Position numbers and translations under genes: made by a program. DNA of 64,000 nt from positions 26,780 through 90,779 of the forward strand of contig QCDI01000008.1 in the NCBI GenBank assembly GCA_003280965.1, written 5' to 3'. Below are positions 1 to 10,025 of this stretch, piece after piece. Numbering within the stretch: the stretch's first letter is position 1; each line of letters starts with the position of its first letter. The stretch is from Prochlorococcus sp. AG-355-B18 (GTDB taxonomy: Bacteria; Cyanobacteriota; Cyanobacteriia; PCC-6307; Cyanobiaceae). The notes beneath the pieces are model-generated. The model was given only the letters and a program-made list of their open reading frames with translations, was not told the DNA's origin and searched no databases.

Positions 1-880
1 GCAAAAATTATCACCTATTGAAGTTAACGAAATTTGTAGTGAATTAGGTGAAACCTATCCAAAAAGTATTGAACCTGTTCATGGGGGCGATATACATAGT
101 GCCTGGCAAATAGAATTCTCAAACAAAAAAAAATTTTTCCTAAAAAGAAATGATAGAAACAAAAAATTTCTTGAATTTGAAAAATATTGTCTTCAAAATT
201 TAAGAAAGTATATTAATCAAGAAAACTTAGTCATTCCTGAAGTTATTACATATAAAAATATCAAAAATATAGAGTATCTTTTAATTGAATGGATAGATAT
301 GCAAAATTTTGACCAAAAAAAACTCGGAAAAGGTTTAGGCGAAATGCACTTGAAATCAGCTGAATCTAATCCAAAAATGTTTGGATTTCCAGTTGAGGGA
401 TTTATTGGAACCACAGATCAGAAGAAAGGCTGGGAAGATAATTGGTTAGATTGTTTTTTAAACTTACGGTTAATGCCACAATTATCAATTCTCAAATCTA
501 ATTTATTAGATCAAGGGATAATAAATAAAATTAAAGCAAAAATTAAATCAGAATTGCTTAATCATAAACCAATAAATGTTCTTGTTCATGGTGATTTGTG
601 GTCAGGAAATGCAGGAATGGACCAAAGTGGTAAGGGGGTTATATTTGACCCAGCATCATGGTGGGCAGATAATGAAGTAGACATAGCCATGACAAAACTT
701 TTTGGAGGTTTTGAAAACGATTTTTATGAAGAATATTATAAAATTTTCCCATTAAAGGAAAATTTTGAAAATAGAATTATTATTTATAATTTTTATCACA
801 TATTGAATCATGCCAATATGTTTGGAGGATCATATCTAAATCAAGTCAAAGATTACGTAAAAGCAATACTTAGTATGTAA
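1..880 (+). CDS. Fructosamine/ketosamine-3-kinase family protein (5' end cut by window edge)
   Basis: Frame from nt 2 is open into the ORF at 299 (QKLSPIEVNEICSELG..VHGGDIHSAW..); kinase-like motifs HGDLWSGN and IFDPA. Start codon probably just before nt 1. Confidence 0.85.
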   Translation, partial: QKLSPIEVNEICSELGETYPKSIEPVHGGDIHSAWQIEFSNKKKFFLKRNDRNKKFLEFEKYCLQNLRKYINQENLVIPEVITYKNIKNIEYLLIEWIDMQNFDQKKLGKGLGEMHLKSAESNPKMFGFPVEGFIGTTDQKKGWEDNWLDCFLNLRLMPQLSILKSNLLDQGIINKIKAKIKSELLNHKPINVLVHGDLWSGNAGMDQSGKGVIFDPASWWADNEVDIAMTKLFGGFENDFYEEYYKIFPLKENFENRIIIYNFYHILNHANMFGGSYLNQVKDYVKAILSM

Positions 881-887
881 TCTTGAA

Positions 888-1253
888 CTATCCTAGATAA
901 GTCTTTTTAAGATTTTGTACCTTATCTAAAACAGCTTCACGATTTTCACTGGTGCGAAGATTCTGCCAGCTCCATTGGCCAACTACTATTACTCCTAGAA
1001 GTTCTAGCAAACCTGGAAGAATTGGGAAGAAGTTAATCGTGTCAATGACAACTTTTATTATTATCTGAGCTATGACTACAACGGCTATTATGCCTGCAGC
1101 TTTGCCATACTTACCCATTTGAGTCCAATCAACATTACCAAGGGTTTCGTTGACTTTTCCCATGACATCAGAGTACTTCTCTGAAAAGCTTTTGGTTTCT
1201 GAGCTTGTATCGGAGCCGGAGTCTTGATTTGACCCTGGAGTGTTATCACTCAT
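888..1253 (-). CDS. curT: CURT1/CAAD-domain thylakoid membrane protein
   Basis: MSDNTPG start at 1253; two TM helices with the signature INFFPILPGLLELLG..WSWQNL..ENRE of CAAD/CURT1 proteins. The ORF-track extension to 1346 is unlikely to be coding. Confidence 0.8.
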   Translation of the reverse strand: MSDNTPGSNQDSGSDTSSETKSFSEKYSDVMGKVNETLGNVDWTQMGKYGKAAGIIAVVVIAQIIIKVVIDTINFFPILPGLLELLGVIVVGQWSWQNLRTSENREAVLDKVQNLKKTYLG

Positions 1254-1547
1254 GAATTCAGTAAACTTAAATATATGAACCAGACAGTATCGGAAAAAAG
1301 GCCTGTTGACTACCTTTTTGTTGTGCAAAATTCCGAACCGAAACATTTTGTATTTTTTAGAGACGTTGCTATATAAAGTTTCTGGAGGTATTTAAACTTA
1401 AAATTGATTTATAAAAACTTCACATTATCATCTAGTTCTAACAAAAACATTAATAAAATTAAGTAAAAGGAAATTTTTAAAAGGCTAAAATTTTTATTTT
1501 AATTATTATATTTTCATAGTTTAATTTTTAAAAGTTAAAGAATCGGT

Positions 1548-2693
1548 ATGTCCAAAAATATTAAATATAATTTCTTAACTACAGATGAAAAAGAAAGATA
1601 TCAAAAACATTTAACACTCAAAGAGATAGGTTATGAAGGTCAACTAAGCCTAAAAAACAGTTCAGTGTTATGTATTGGAGCAGGTGGCCTTGGTTCTTCT
1701 GTTTTGCTTTATTTAGCTGCAGCAGGAATAGGGAAAATTGGAATAGTTGATAATGATTACGTTGAGAAGTCTAATCTCCAAAGACAGATAATTCATGAAA
1801 CGAATACTATAGGTAGTCTAAAAATTGATTCCGCCCAGGAAAGAATAAAAAAATTTAATCCTAATTCTGAATTATTGACATTTGCTGAAAGATTTAATCC
1901 TAAGAATGCTCTAGAAATAATTCAAAAATTTGATATTATTTGCGATTGTTCAGATAATTTTGGAACTAGATATTTGATAAATGATGCATGCTTGATACTA
2001 AATAAACCTTTAGTCTTTGGCAGTGTTCAGGGCTTTGAAGGACAAGTAAGTGTATTCAACTTAAATAAAACTAGTCCTAATTTAAGAGACTTACTACCAG
2101 AATCACCTTCAAAAAATACCGTCCCTAGTTGTGCAGAATATGGGGTTGTGGGTGTATCCACAGGTCTAATAGGAATTATTCAGGTGAATGAAATTATCAA
2201 AATTATTTTAAAAAAAGGTGAGGTTTTAGATGGAAAAATTATGGTTTTTGATCTGTTGAATATGAATACGAAAAAATTACATCTAAAAAGTGATCAAGTA
2301 AATAAACAAATCAATAATCTTTCTAAGTTTATGGACTACTATAGTGACGATGAATGTTCTACGCAAACTGGAACAATCAACAGAATTAATGCTTGTGATT
2401 TTAATAGCTTATATAAAATTAAACCTAACAAAATTCTTTTAATTGATGTTAGGGAAAATGAAGAATTTTCTGCATCTGCAATTGATGGCTCTATATCACT
2501 CCCCCTGAGTCATTTGAACCAAAAGCCTGACTTGGGATTTATTCAAAAAGAAAGTTTAATTAAAGAGGTTTTCACCATATGTAAAACAGGGAAACGTTCT
2601 GAAAAAGCTTCAAGAATCTTGTCTAAATTCAAAATTCAATCGAGATCTATTGAGGGTGGCATTGAAAAGGTAAAAAGATTATTAAGCGATTAA
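1548..2693 (+). CDS. moeB: MoeB/ThiF-family adenylyltransferase fused to a C-terminal rhodanese domain (MoeZ-like)
   Basis: GAGGLG loop, VEKSNLQRQ, DCSDNF, SCAEYGV; C-terminal LIDVRE..CKTGKRS rhodanese motif. Confidence 0.9.
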   Translation: MSKNIKYNFLTTDEKERYQKHLTLKEIGYEGQLSLKNSSVLCIGAGGLGSSVLLYLAAAGIGKIGIVDNDYVEKSNLQRQIIHETNTIGSLKIDSAQERIKKFNPNSELLTFAERFNPKNALEIIQKFDIICDCSDNFGTRYLINDACLILNKPLVFGSVQGFEGQVSVFNLNKTSPNLRDLLPESPSKNTVPSCAEYGVVGVSTGLIGIIQVNEIIKIILKKGEVLDGKIMVFDLLNMNTKKLHLKSDQVNKQINNLSKFMDYYSDDECSTQTGTINRINACDFNSLYKIKPNKILLIDVRENEEFSASAIDGSISLPLSHLNQKPDLGFIQKESLIKEVFTICKTGKRSEKASRILSKFKIQSRSIEGGIEKVKRLLSD

Positions 2694-2711
2694 TATTTTA
2701 AGTATAAATAT

Positions 2712-3872
2712 TTAGTAATCTACACCTCTTTTCAAATCAACTCCAACATTCGCATAGTGCTTATGACACACCATTTCAGAGTAAATATCAGCGAGTTCAA
2801 AATATGAAGGTTCATTTTTACATCTACCAGTAATAATTACTTCTGTTTCTGCTGGTTTCTTTAAGAGCGTTTGATATATTGATTCCACAGGTAGTAGCTC
2901 TAAATCAACAGTTGGGTTCAATTCATCCAAAATAATTGTTTTATACAAACCACTCAAAATAGCAGCTTTAGCTATTTCCCATGCTCTTTCAGCCTCAACA
3001 TAATCAATTGGTTTTTGCTGACCTCTCCACACGATCGCATCTCTTCCAGATCGCAAATGATCTACCAAATGTGGGTAACTTTCTCTCAATGCTTCTATAG
3101 CAGCATCTTCGGTGTAGCCAGTTCCGCCTTTTAACCACTGTAAAATTAAAACTCTATGACTTTTATCTTGAGAGATTCCTTTACCAATTGCTTGAAGAGC
3201 CTTGCCAAGTGCACTTGTGGATTTACCTTTACCCTCTCCTGTGTATATCTCAATTCCACCAGTACATCTCTTTTGTCCTATTAGTTTTGATAAATCTCCT
3301 TTTAAACGTGATCTCATTTCTGAATGAAGTTGTGATATTCTCACCAAAGAAGGAGGGGCTGCCCTTCCGGTAATAATTATTTCCAGTCCGTCAGGACGAT
3401 TTTGAAGAGAATCAACAACTTCCTTTATATCAAGCATTCCTAAATCAAGAACTGGATTCAGCTCATCTAGTACAACAACAGAATAAAGAGAGCTAGCGAT
3501 TGCTCCTTTTGCAATATTCCAACCTCTCTCAGCCTCACCAATATCAAATTTTGTCACCTGGTCTTCAGTAAAGAATTCTGACCTTCCTGTCCTTACATGG
3601 TCTATTAAGTGTGGGAATCCCCTTTGCAGGGCCTCTATAGCTGCATCCTCATCATATGACCTCTCAGGTCCCTTTAAAAATCTGAGAAGAAGTACTCTCG
3701 ACTGTTTTTTTTCGCATATTCCTAGTCCAATTGTCCTTAAAACAACACCCAAAGCAGCCTGACTTTTACCTTTTCCTTCCCCATCATAAATATGTAATTG
3801 ACCTTGTGATCTTTCTTGACTGTCACTTGCGGTGACAATTCCAATACCTTTATTTCTTCTTGTATTTGTCAA
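2712..3872 (-). CDS. cobO: Cob(I)alamin adenosyltransferase, CobO/BtuR type, two tandem domains
   Basis: Two copies each of IY(D/T)GEGKGKS, LDELN and IITGR; C-terminal KHY..GVDY; TTG start. Confidence 0.9.
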   Translation of the reverse strand: MTNTRRNKGIGIVTASDSQERSQGQLHIYDGEGKGKSQAALGVVLRTIGLGICEKKQSRVLLLRFLKGPERSYDEDAAIEALQRGFPHLIDHVRTGRSEFFTEDQVTKFDIGEAERGWNIAKGAIASSLYSVVVLDELNPVLDLGMLDIKEVVDSLQNRPDGLEIIITGRAAPPSLVRISQLHSEMRSRLKGDLSKLIGQKRCTGGIEIYTGEGKGKSTSALGKALQAIGKGISQDKSHRVLILQWLKGGTGYTEDAAIEALRESYPHLVDHLRSGRDAIVWRGQQKPIDYVEAERAWEIAKAAILSGLYKTIILDELNPTVDLELLPVESIYQTLLKKPAETEVIITGRCKNEPSYFELADIYSEMVCHKHYANVGVDLKRGVDY

Positions 3873-3980
3873 TTGAACAAGGTGAATAAATTTAATCTAA
3901 GATATAGTTAAATATATTATTAAAAATTTAATAATAAATTCAACCTATACATAGGTAATTTGAATTTTAAAGTAATTAGC

Positions 3981-4805
3981 ATGTTCAATCAACTAGAAAT
4001 TCTTTCTGATGAACAAAATGAAAAGCTATTTACAATTAGAAGATACATTAAGAACCTCGATAGTGTTTGTATCGCTTATTCAGGAGGAGTAGATAGTACA
4101 CTAGTGGCCTCGTTGGCGTTTGAGCAACTAGGTAGTAAATCAATCGCAATTACTGGTATTTCTCCTGCCTTAGCCAATACACTACGTGAAGAAGCAAGAA
4201 GCCAAGCAAAATGGATTGGAATTAAGCATTTAGAAATTAAAACATCCGAATTAGAAGAGTCAAGTTATAGGAACAATCCGCAAGACAGATGCTTTGCATG
4301 CAAAAAAGAGCTTCACAAACATACAACATACTTGTCTAAAAAACTGAATTACAAGATTGTTTTAGATGGTGTCAATCTTGATGATCTAAAAGACTTTAGG
4401 CCTGGTATAAAAGCTGCTAAACAAGCAGGAGTTATTTCACCCCTCGCAAAATTTAAATTTTCAAAAAAAGATATTAGGGATATATCTAGAGCATTAGGTT
4501 TCCCATGGTGGGATAAACCTGCTCAACCTTGCTTATCTTCAAGATTTCCTTATGGCCATGAAATAACTAGTGAAAGGCTCAAGATGGTTGAAAAAGCTGA
4601 AGAATATTTAAAAAAAGGCGGTTTATCCGAGGTAAGAGTTAGATGTCAAGGATCAACCGCAAGAATAGAGATCCCCCAAGAAGAATTAAAGCATTTTTTT
4701 AAAAAATTTAATTTTGACGATTTAGTTCAATACTTTTCTAAGTTAGGATTTAATTGCACAAGTTTAGATCTTGAAGGATTAATTAGCGGAAAATTAAATA
4801 GATAA
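3981..4805 (+). CDS. larE: LarE-like PP-loop ATP-dependent sulfur transferase
   Basis: AYSGGVDS PP-loop, DRCFACK, DGVNLDD..RPG, WDKPAQPCLSSRFP; ATG at 3981 preferred over TTG at 3960. Confidence 0.85.
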   Translation: MFNQLEILSDEQNEKLFTIRRYIKNLDSVCIAYSGGVDSTLVASLAFEQLGSKSIAITGISPALANTLREEARSQAKWIGIKHLEIKTSELEESSYRNNPQDRCFACKKELHKHTTYLSKKLNYKIVLDGVNLDDLKDFRPGIKAAKQAGVISPLAKFKFSKKDIRDISRALGFPWWDKPAQPCLSSRFPYGHEITSERLKMVEKAEEYLKKGGLSEVRVRCQGSTARIEIPQEELKHFFKKFNFDDLVQYFSKLGFNCTSLDLEGLISGKLNR

Positions 4806-4814
4806 ATATAACAG

Positions 4815-5249
4815 TTAAACAACCGTTCTAATCTCTTTTAAAATTGCTGAAGGTGGATTTCGCTTAAGAACACGTAAGAAATGTTCTTCAGCATTCAAAG
4901 TTTCAATTAAGTATTGACTAGCAAGTTCTGGTTGCATATTTTGACCACATGTAAAAATATCGACTGCAGAATAATTAGATTCAGGCCAAGAATGAATTGA
5001 AATATGGGATTCAGCCAGTAATGCAATTGCCGTAACTCCTTGAGGTTCAAATTTATTACTTATTAAATTCAGAACTGTTGCCTTTGCTAATTTTGCAGCT
5101 CTATTTAACGAACAACGCAAAAAGGATTCATCATTTAATTTTTCGTAATCACATCCATACAGTTCCAACAAAAGGTGCTTACTGTGATGAATTAGTTTTT
5201 CATCATTACAAAAAGAACCTAAAATTTGATTTTTTTTTGGGCCTTCCAT
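4815..5249 (-). CDS. speD: S-adenosylmethionine decarboxylase proenzyme (pyruvoyl)
   Basis: FEPQGVT..LAESHISIHSWPE..AVDIFTCG, including the ES-H autocleavage site. Confidence 0.92.
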   Translation of the reverse strand: MEGPKKNQILGSFCNDEKLIHHSKHLLLELYGCDYEKLNDESFLRCSLNRAAKLAKATVLNLISNKFEPQGVTAIALLAESHISIHSWPESNYSAVDIFTCGQNMQPELASQYLIETLNAEEHFLRVLKRNPPSAILKEIRTVV

Positions 5250-5298
5250 CAAAGAAATTTATATCTATAAGATTAGCTAAAAATTGTTAGTTTTAAAG

Positions 5299-6390
5299 TT
5301 ATAAGTAAATCATTTGTGAAGAGCCTAAGAAAGATTGATTAAATTTATCTAGATGTGTCGCACTAATAAAACATTGACTATCTTTTCCAACAGAATTTAA
5401 TAATAAATTTTGTCTTGTTATGTCTAATTCGGCCAAGACATCATCCAATATGAGTATTGGAGGGACATTTAATGTTTTAGTTAATAAATCTAATTCTGCC
5501 ATTTTTAAAGCTAAAATAAAAGTTCTTTGCTGACCAGATGAACCATATTTTCTAACTGAAATATTATTAATGAGAAACTCAACATCATCACGATGAGGGC
5601 CAAAATTACATTTACCAGTCAATGATTCAATAGGACGCTGAATTATTAGTTGTTCTACTATTTTCTTAGTGATAACTTCTTCTTCTTCTTCTTCTGGACT
5701 TATATTTTGTATCCCTGAAAGATAATTTATGCCTATGTGCTCTTTAGATTTACTTAAATATCTATGCCAATATTCAACATATGGTTTGATTTTTAATAAA
5801 GCCCTTCTCCTACGCCTAAAAATTCTTGTACTTATTATTGACATTTGAATATCAAAACTTTCAAGAATTTCTGATGATTGATCATTTTGAAAGCTTTCTG
5901 AACGCCAATAATGACTTCTTTGCTTTAAAAGCCTGTTAAATCTACTTATCAAGTCTAAATATACTGGTTCAAGCTGAGATACAACTTTATCAATCCATAT
6001 TCTGCGATAATTAGGTTCATTTCTAACGATACCTATATCACTCGAGCAGAAACACACACTTCTAATAAAGTTCTTTATTTCGCTCTGCTTTCTCAAGATT
6101 GAATCATTGACATAAATTTTTTTAGAGCCTTTTCTAAATAAATTCAACTTTAAATCATCTCTAAAATCTATTTGTCCAATAACTTCGGCCATATCACTAT
6201 CATTTTCTATTAAATCTTTATCACTTAATGCTCTATTAGATTTTAATTGACTTAAAAATTCAATAGATTCAAGTAAATTTGACTTACCAATGCCATTACA
6301 GCCCAGAACGATTGTTCTTTGCGCTTCTAGGTCAATTCCAAAACTTTTGTGGTTCCGAAAATTTTTAATTTTTAATTTATTTAAAAAAAT
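5299..6390 (-). CDS. recF: DNA replication/repair protein RecF
   Basis: (I)FLNKLKIKNFRN N-terminus, Walker A GCNGIGKS, GPHRDD, GSSGQQR, LILDDVLAELD. Start position inferred (ATT; see findings). Confidence 0.9.
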   Translation of the reverse strand: MFLNKLKIKNFRNHKSFGIDLEAQRTIVLGCNGIGKSNLLESIEFLSQLKSNRALSDKDLIENDSDMAEVIGQIDFRDDLKLNLFRKGSKKIYVNDSILRKQSEIKNFIRSVCFCSSDIGIVRNEPNYRRIWIDKVVSQLEPVYLDLISRFNRLLKQRSHYWRSESFQNDQSSEILESFDIQMSIISTRIFRRRRRALLKIKPYVEYWHRYLSKSKEHIGINYLSGIQNISPEEEEEEVITKKIVEQLIIQRPIESLTGKCNFGPHRDDVEFLINNISVRKYGSSGQQRTFILALKMAELDLLTKTLNVPPILILDDVLAELDITRQNLLLNSVGKDSQCFISATHLDKFNQSFLGSSQMIYL

Positions 6391-6467
6391 TTTCTTGATG
6401 CATTCATTAATTAAATTAGCTAGATTTAATATATTTAGATTTTCCTTAAAGAAATTGAAAAATAAAA

Positions 6468-6541
6468 GGGCATGTAGCTCAGTTGGATAGAGCATCAGAT
6501 TCCGGTTCTGAGAGTCGGGGGTTCGAATCCCTCCATGCTCG
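6468..6541 (+). tRNA. trnR: tRNA-Arg (CCG)
   Basis: Acceptor GGGCATG/CATGCTC; anticodon arm TCAGA-TTCCGGT-TCTGA; T-loop GGTTCGAATCC; CCA not encoded. Confidence 0.97.
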
Positions 6542-6552
6542 TAACTTTATTA

Positions 6553-6999
6553 TTAAAGTTTATATCCCATCACTCTTATTCCATTTGGATCTAATATAAA
6601 TCCGCTTTCTTCAAGACTTTTAAAAGAGGACTCTGGAGCCTGAACAGAAACACTACATCCAGGCATTTCAATGTTTATTTTCTCAAGAGTTACTTGTAAT
6701 AAAATTGAATAAAAAAGTTCCTGATTATTACCTTTTGCTGCACTTAAATTCCATAAGTTAGCATTCAATCCCCTGTCTGATGTTACTCTTACAAAACCAT
6801 ATAATTTATTTCCTAATTCACTTTGTATTGTGAAAAAGAAATTACTTTTCTGAATAGCCTCAGAGAGGGGTTTTATTGGGAATGTCTCACAACCGCAATT
6901 CGCTAAAAGTTTATTAACTTCTTTTGCTAATGGAATCTGGGAAGAATTAACAAAATAACCTTCTGGAAGAACAAGTTTTTTTTTAGAAAAATATTGCAA
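6553..6999 (-). CDS. Degenerate GNAT (Ycf52-like) acetyltransferase-fold protein
   Basis: LYGFVRVTSDRGLNANLWNL and C-terminal ..GFILDPNGIRVM resemble cyanobacterial GNATs; TTG start 3 nt after the ppc stop. Confidence 0.65.
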   Translation of the reverse strand: MQYFSKKKLVLPEGYFVNSSQIPLAKEVNKLLANCGCETFPIKPLSEAIQKSNFFFTIQSELGNKLYGFVRVTSDRGLNANLWNLSAAKGNNQELFYSILLQVTLEKINIEMPGCSVSVQAPESSFKSLEESGFILDPNGIRVMGYKL

Positions 7000-7002
7000 T
7001 TA

Positions 7003-9972
7003 TCAACCTGTATTTCTCATACCTGCTGCTATCCCGTTAATAGTTAAAAGTGCCCCCCTCAATAGTTCACTTCTACTGTAAGCTCTTCTAGATTCATCTT
7101 TTTCAACGATAAATTCGCTAATTGGAGGTTGCCTTGTTTGATCTCTAAGCCTTCTTAAAAGCGAAACCTGTAAAAATCCCAATGGGATTATTGTCTTATT
7201 TCTCAAGCTTACTGATGATTTTAAGTCTCTATCAGATTCAAGAAGCTTATTTTTACCAGTAATTTCAAGTATTAAAGATTTTGTAAGATTATATTCTTTA
7301 GAAATTACTTCAAAAATAACATCGAAAGAATCTTTATTTTCTTTACTGCCAAGAGTGTCAACATAATATTTGGCAACTTCCAAATCAACCTTAGATAATG
7401 TCATTTCTACCTTAGATATGAGCATCCTAAAAAATGGCCATCTTTGATGGAGAACTCTTAATAATTCAATTTGTTGTGGGTCAGAATTTAATTCGGATGA
7501 TAATGCAGTTCCTACTCCAAACCAACTTGGCAAAAGAAATCTACTTTGTGTCCAACCAAATACCCATGGAATAGCTCTTAAACTTGACAAATCTTTAGCA
7601 CCTTTTTTTCTTCTGGCAGGTCTACTAGATATTTGCAATTTACTTATTTCTTCTATTGGAGTGACCTCCTGAAAGAAATTTAATAAATCTGGATTTTCAT
7701 GCACTAATTTTCTGTAGTGAGACCTTGATGTTTCTGCAAGCCTTGACATTAATTGATTCCATTCTGGAGTCGCATCAAGCCTATTATTCACCAAACTATT
7801 TTGAATAACAGCAGTAGTAACTGTTTCGAGGTTATACAAAGCCAGTTCAGGAAGACTATATTTTGAAGCCAATACTTCACCTTGTTCTGTTATTTTTATT
7901 CGCCCTTTTAAAGTACCGCTTGGTTGTGCCAATATCGCCTGATATGCTGGTCCACCTCCTCTACCTACGGAACCGCCTCTTCCATGAAAAAGTCTTAGCA
8001 ATATGTTATTTCTACTTGCAAGATTTTGAAGAGCTATTTGGGCTCTGTGAATTTCCCAATTACTGGAAACAAACCCTGAATCTTTATTGCTATCAGAATA
8101 TCCAAGCATTAATTCTTGAAGAGGTTTCAAGGATTCTCCAACTTTTGGCAACAATGATTTGTAAAATTCTAATTTAAACAATTTTTCCATTACTTCTGGG
8201 GCTCTTTTAAGGTCTTCAACAGTTTCGAAAAGAGGAACAACCAATAATTTTGACTTTTGTGACTTTTGATGAAGGAGTCCCATTTCTTTTGCTAATAAAA
8301 GAACTTCAAGCAAATCAGATGCGCTATGACTCATTGAAATTACATAAGAATGACAAATACGACTTCCAAATTCTTGCTGTAGTCTTTTAACCATTTTAAA
8401 AACTGAAAAGGTTTCTTCTGTAGTTTTTGTCCAGTTAACGTCAGGAGGAATTAAAGGCCTTTTTGTATTTAATTCCTCTACAAGCCATTTAATTTTCTCT
8501 TCCTCAGACATTTGGTCATATAGGACAGACAAATCAAGATAATTTGTAAGTTCTTGTATAGCGTCACTATGCCTTGTGCTTTCTTGGCGTATATCTAAAC
8601 TTGCTAGTGAAAAACCAAAAATATGAACCTGAGTAAGCAAGGTATTTACGGCCTCGCAATTTAAATCTGTACTAATCAGACTATTTTTAATCAGTTCGAG
8701 ATCATAGGTAAATTCACTGACTGATTTGTAATATAAGTTTTCAACTTTATCTATATTTTTAGTATCAATTTCCCCTTCTAAATCAGATTTCCAACCACTA
8801 TCAGCTAATAAATTATTCCTTTCTTGTGTGAGCCTCAACTTCTCTAAAATGTAACTTAATTTCAATCTGTAAGGTTCTGATCTGTATCTTGTAGCCCTAG
8901 CTTCATATATTTCTGGAAACTTAACCCTATCTGTTTCTAAAGACTCTAATAAAGAAGAGCTTACTTGACTCCATTGCATTGAGACACTTAATTGATCTCT
9001 TAAGTTAGATGTCGCAGTTATATATCTTTCCAACATCAACTGCCTTTGGTAACAAGCAGTTCTCCATGTTATCTCAGGAGTAACAGATGGATTCCCATCC
9101 CTATCGGATCCTACCCAAGAACCAAAGTTGCAAAAAGATTCGGAAGGCATCTGAACATCTGGGTAGTTTTCGGTAAGCGCTTCAAAAATTCTACCTCTCA
9201 ATTTAGGCATTGCATTAAATAAAACTTGCTGAAAATAATGCAAAGCATAATCTACTTCATCTAAAACGGAAGGCTTAAATTGATGCAATTCATCTGTTCT
9301 CCACCAAAGTCTGACTTCCTCTTTTAATTGAGTTTTTAGAATATTTATTTCTTCTTTTGTTAAAAATTGCGCGACCTGTATTTTTTTCAACAAATTTGCT
9401 ACTCTAGTTTGTTTATGTCTAATAGTATGTCTTACTATCTCAGTCGGATGTGCAGTAAAAACTAAACGAATATCCATTTCCTGCAATAACTCTTCTAATT
9501 TTCCTGGAGGTACATTTAGTTTCCTAAGCCTATAAAATAATTCTCGAAAAGTTACCGGTGCATTTTGCCTAGCCAACGCTGGGGCAAAAGGATCAAGATT
9601 ATCGGGCGATTTTTGAACATTCATGTTGGTAAAGCTTTGAATATATCTATCTTCCTCAACTCTTTGTTCCAAAATATTCACTAGTTGAAAATATAGTGAA
9701 AACGCCCTAGCTGCTGCAATAGATTCTGTCAAATCCATTGAATTAATAATATCAACTATTTCGTTTTTAAAAGTTTTTGAACTAACTCCATCAATTTGCT
9801 TCGAATAACTTAATTCTTTAAGCTGTATCAATCTCACTGCTTGATCTTCTGGGCATTCTTCTCTAAGAACAGCTTCCCATAGATCTTCTATTAAAAGACG
9901 ATTTTTATCAAGTGGATCATTGTTACTTATAAGATCCATTTTATTATTTTTATCCTGTTGAGGAGATTCCAT
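7003..9972 (-). CDS. ppc: Phosphoenolpyruvate carboxylase
   Basis: [47 protein letters not shown]-terminal GMRNTG. Confidence 0.98.
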   Translation of the reverse strand: MESPQQDKNNKMDLISNNDPLDKNRLLIEDLWEAVLREECPEDQAVRLIQLKELSYSKQIDGVSSKTFKNEIVDIINSMDLTESIAAARAFSLYFQLVNILEQRVEEDRYIQSFTNMNVQKSPDNLDPFAPALARQNAPVTFRELFYRLRKLNVPPGKLEELLQEMDIRLVFTAHPTEIVRHTIRHKQTRVANLLKKIQVAQFLTKEEINILKTQLKEEVRLWWRTDELHQFKPSVLDEVDYALHYFQQVLFNAMPKLRGRIFEALTENYPDVQMPSESFCNFGSWVGSDRDGNPSVTPEITWRTACYQRQLMLERYITATSNLRDQLSVSMQWSQVSSSLLESLETDRVKFPEIYEARATRYRSEPYRLKLSYILEKLRLTQERNNLLADSGWKSDLEGEIDTKNIDKVENLYYKSVSEFTYDLELIKNSLISTDLNCEAVNTLLTQVHIFGFSLASLDIRQESTRHSDAIQELTNYLDLSVLYDQMSEEEKIKWLVEELNTKRPLIPPDVNWTKTTEETFSVFKMVKRLQQEFGSRICHSYVISMSHSASDLLEVLLLAKEMGLLHQKSQKSKLLVVPLFETVEDLKRAPEVMEKLFKLEFYKSLLPKVGESLKPLQELMLGYSDSNKDSGFVSSNWEIHRAQIALQNLASRNNILLRLFHGRGGSVGRGGGPAYQAILAQPSGTLKGRIKITEQGEVLASKYSLPELALYNLETVTTAVIQNSLVNNRLDATPEWNQLMSRLAETSRSHYRKLVHENPDLLNFFQEVTPIEEISKLQISSRPARRKKGAKDLSSLRAIPWVFGWTQSRFLLPSWFGVGTALSSELNSDPQQIELLRVLHQRWPFFRMLISKVEMTLSKVDLEVAKYYVDTLGSKENKDSFDVIFEVISKEYNLTKSLILEITGKNKLLESDRDLKSSVSLRNKTIIPLGFLQVSLLRRLRDQTRQPPISEFIVEKDESRRAYSRSELLRGALLTINGIAAGMRNTG

Positions 9973-10025
9973 ATAATTATTATGTCACAAGTAAAAATAT
10001 TCAGATCAAATGTTTGTTTAAATAA

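Noticed and set aside
5676..5695. (TTC)n run in recF
   Set aside because: Encodes an in-frame poly-Glu loop (PEEEEEEV); not a contingency repeat.
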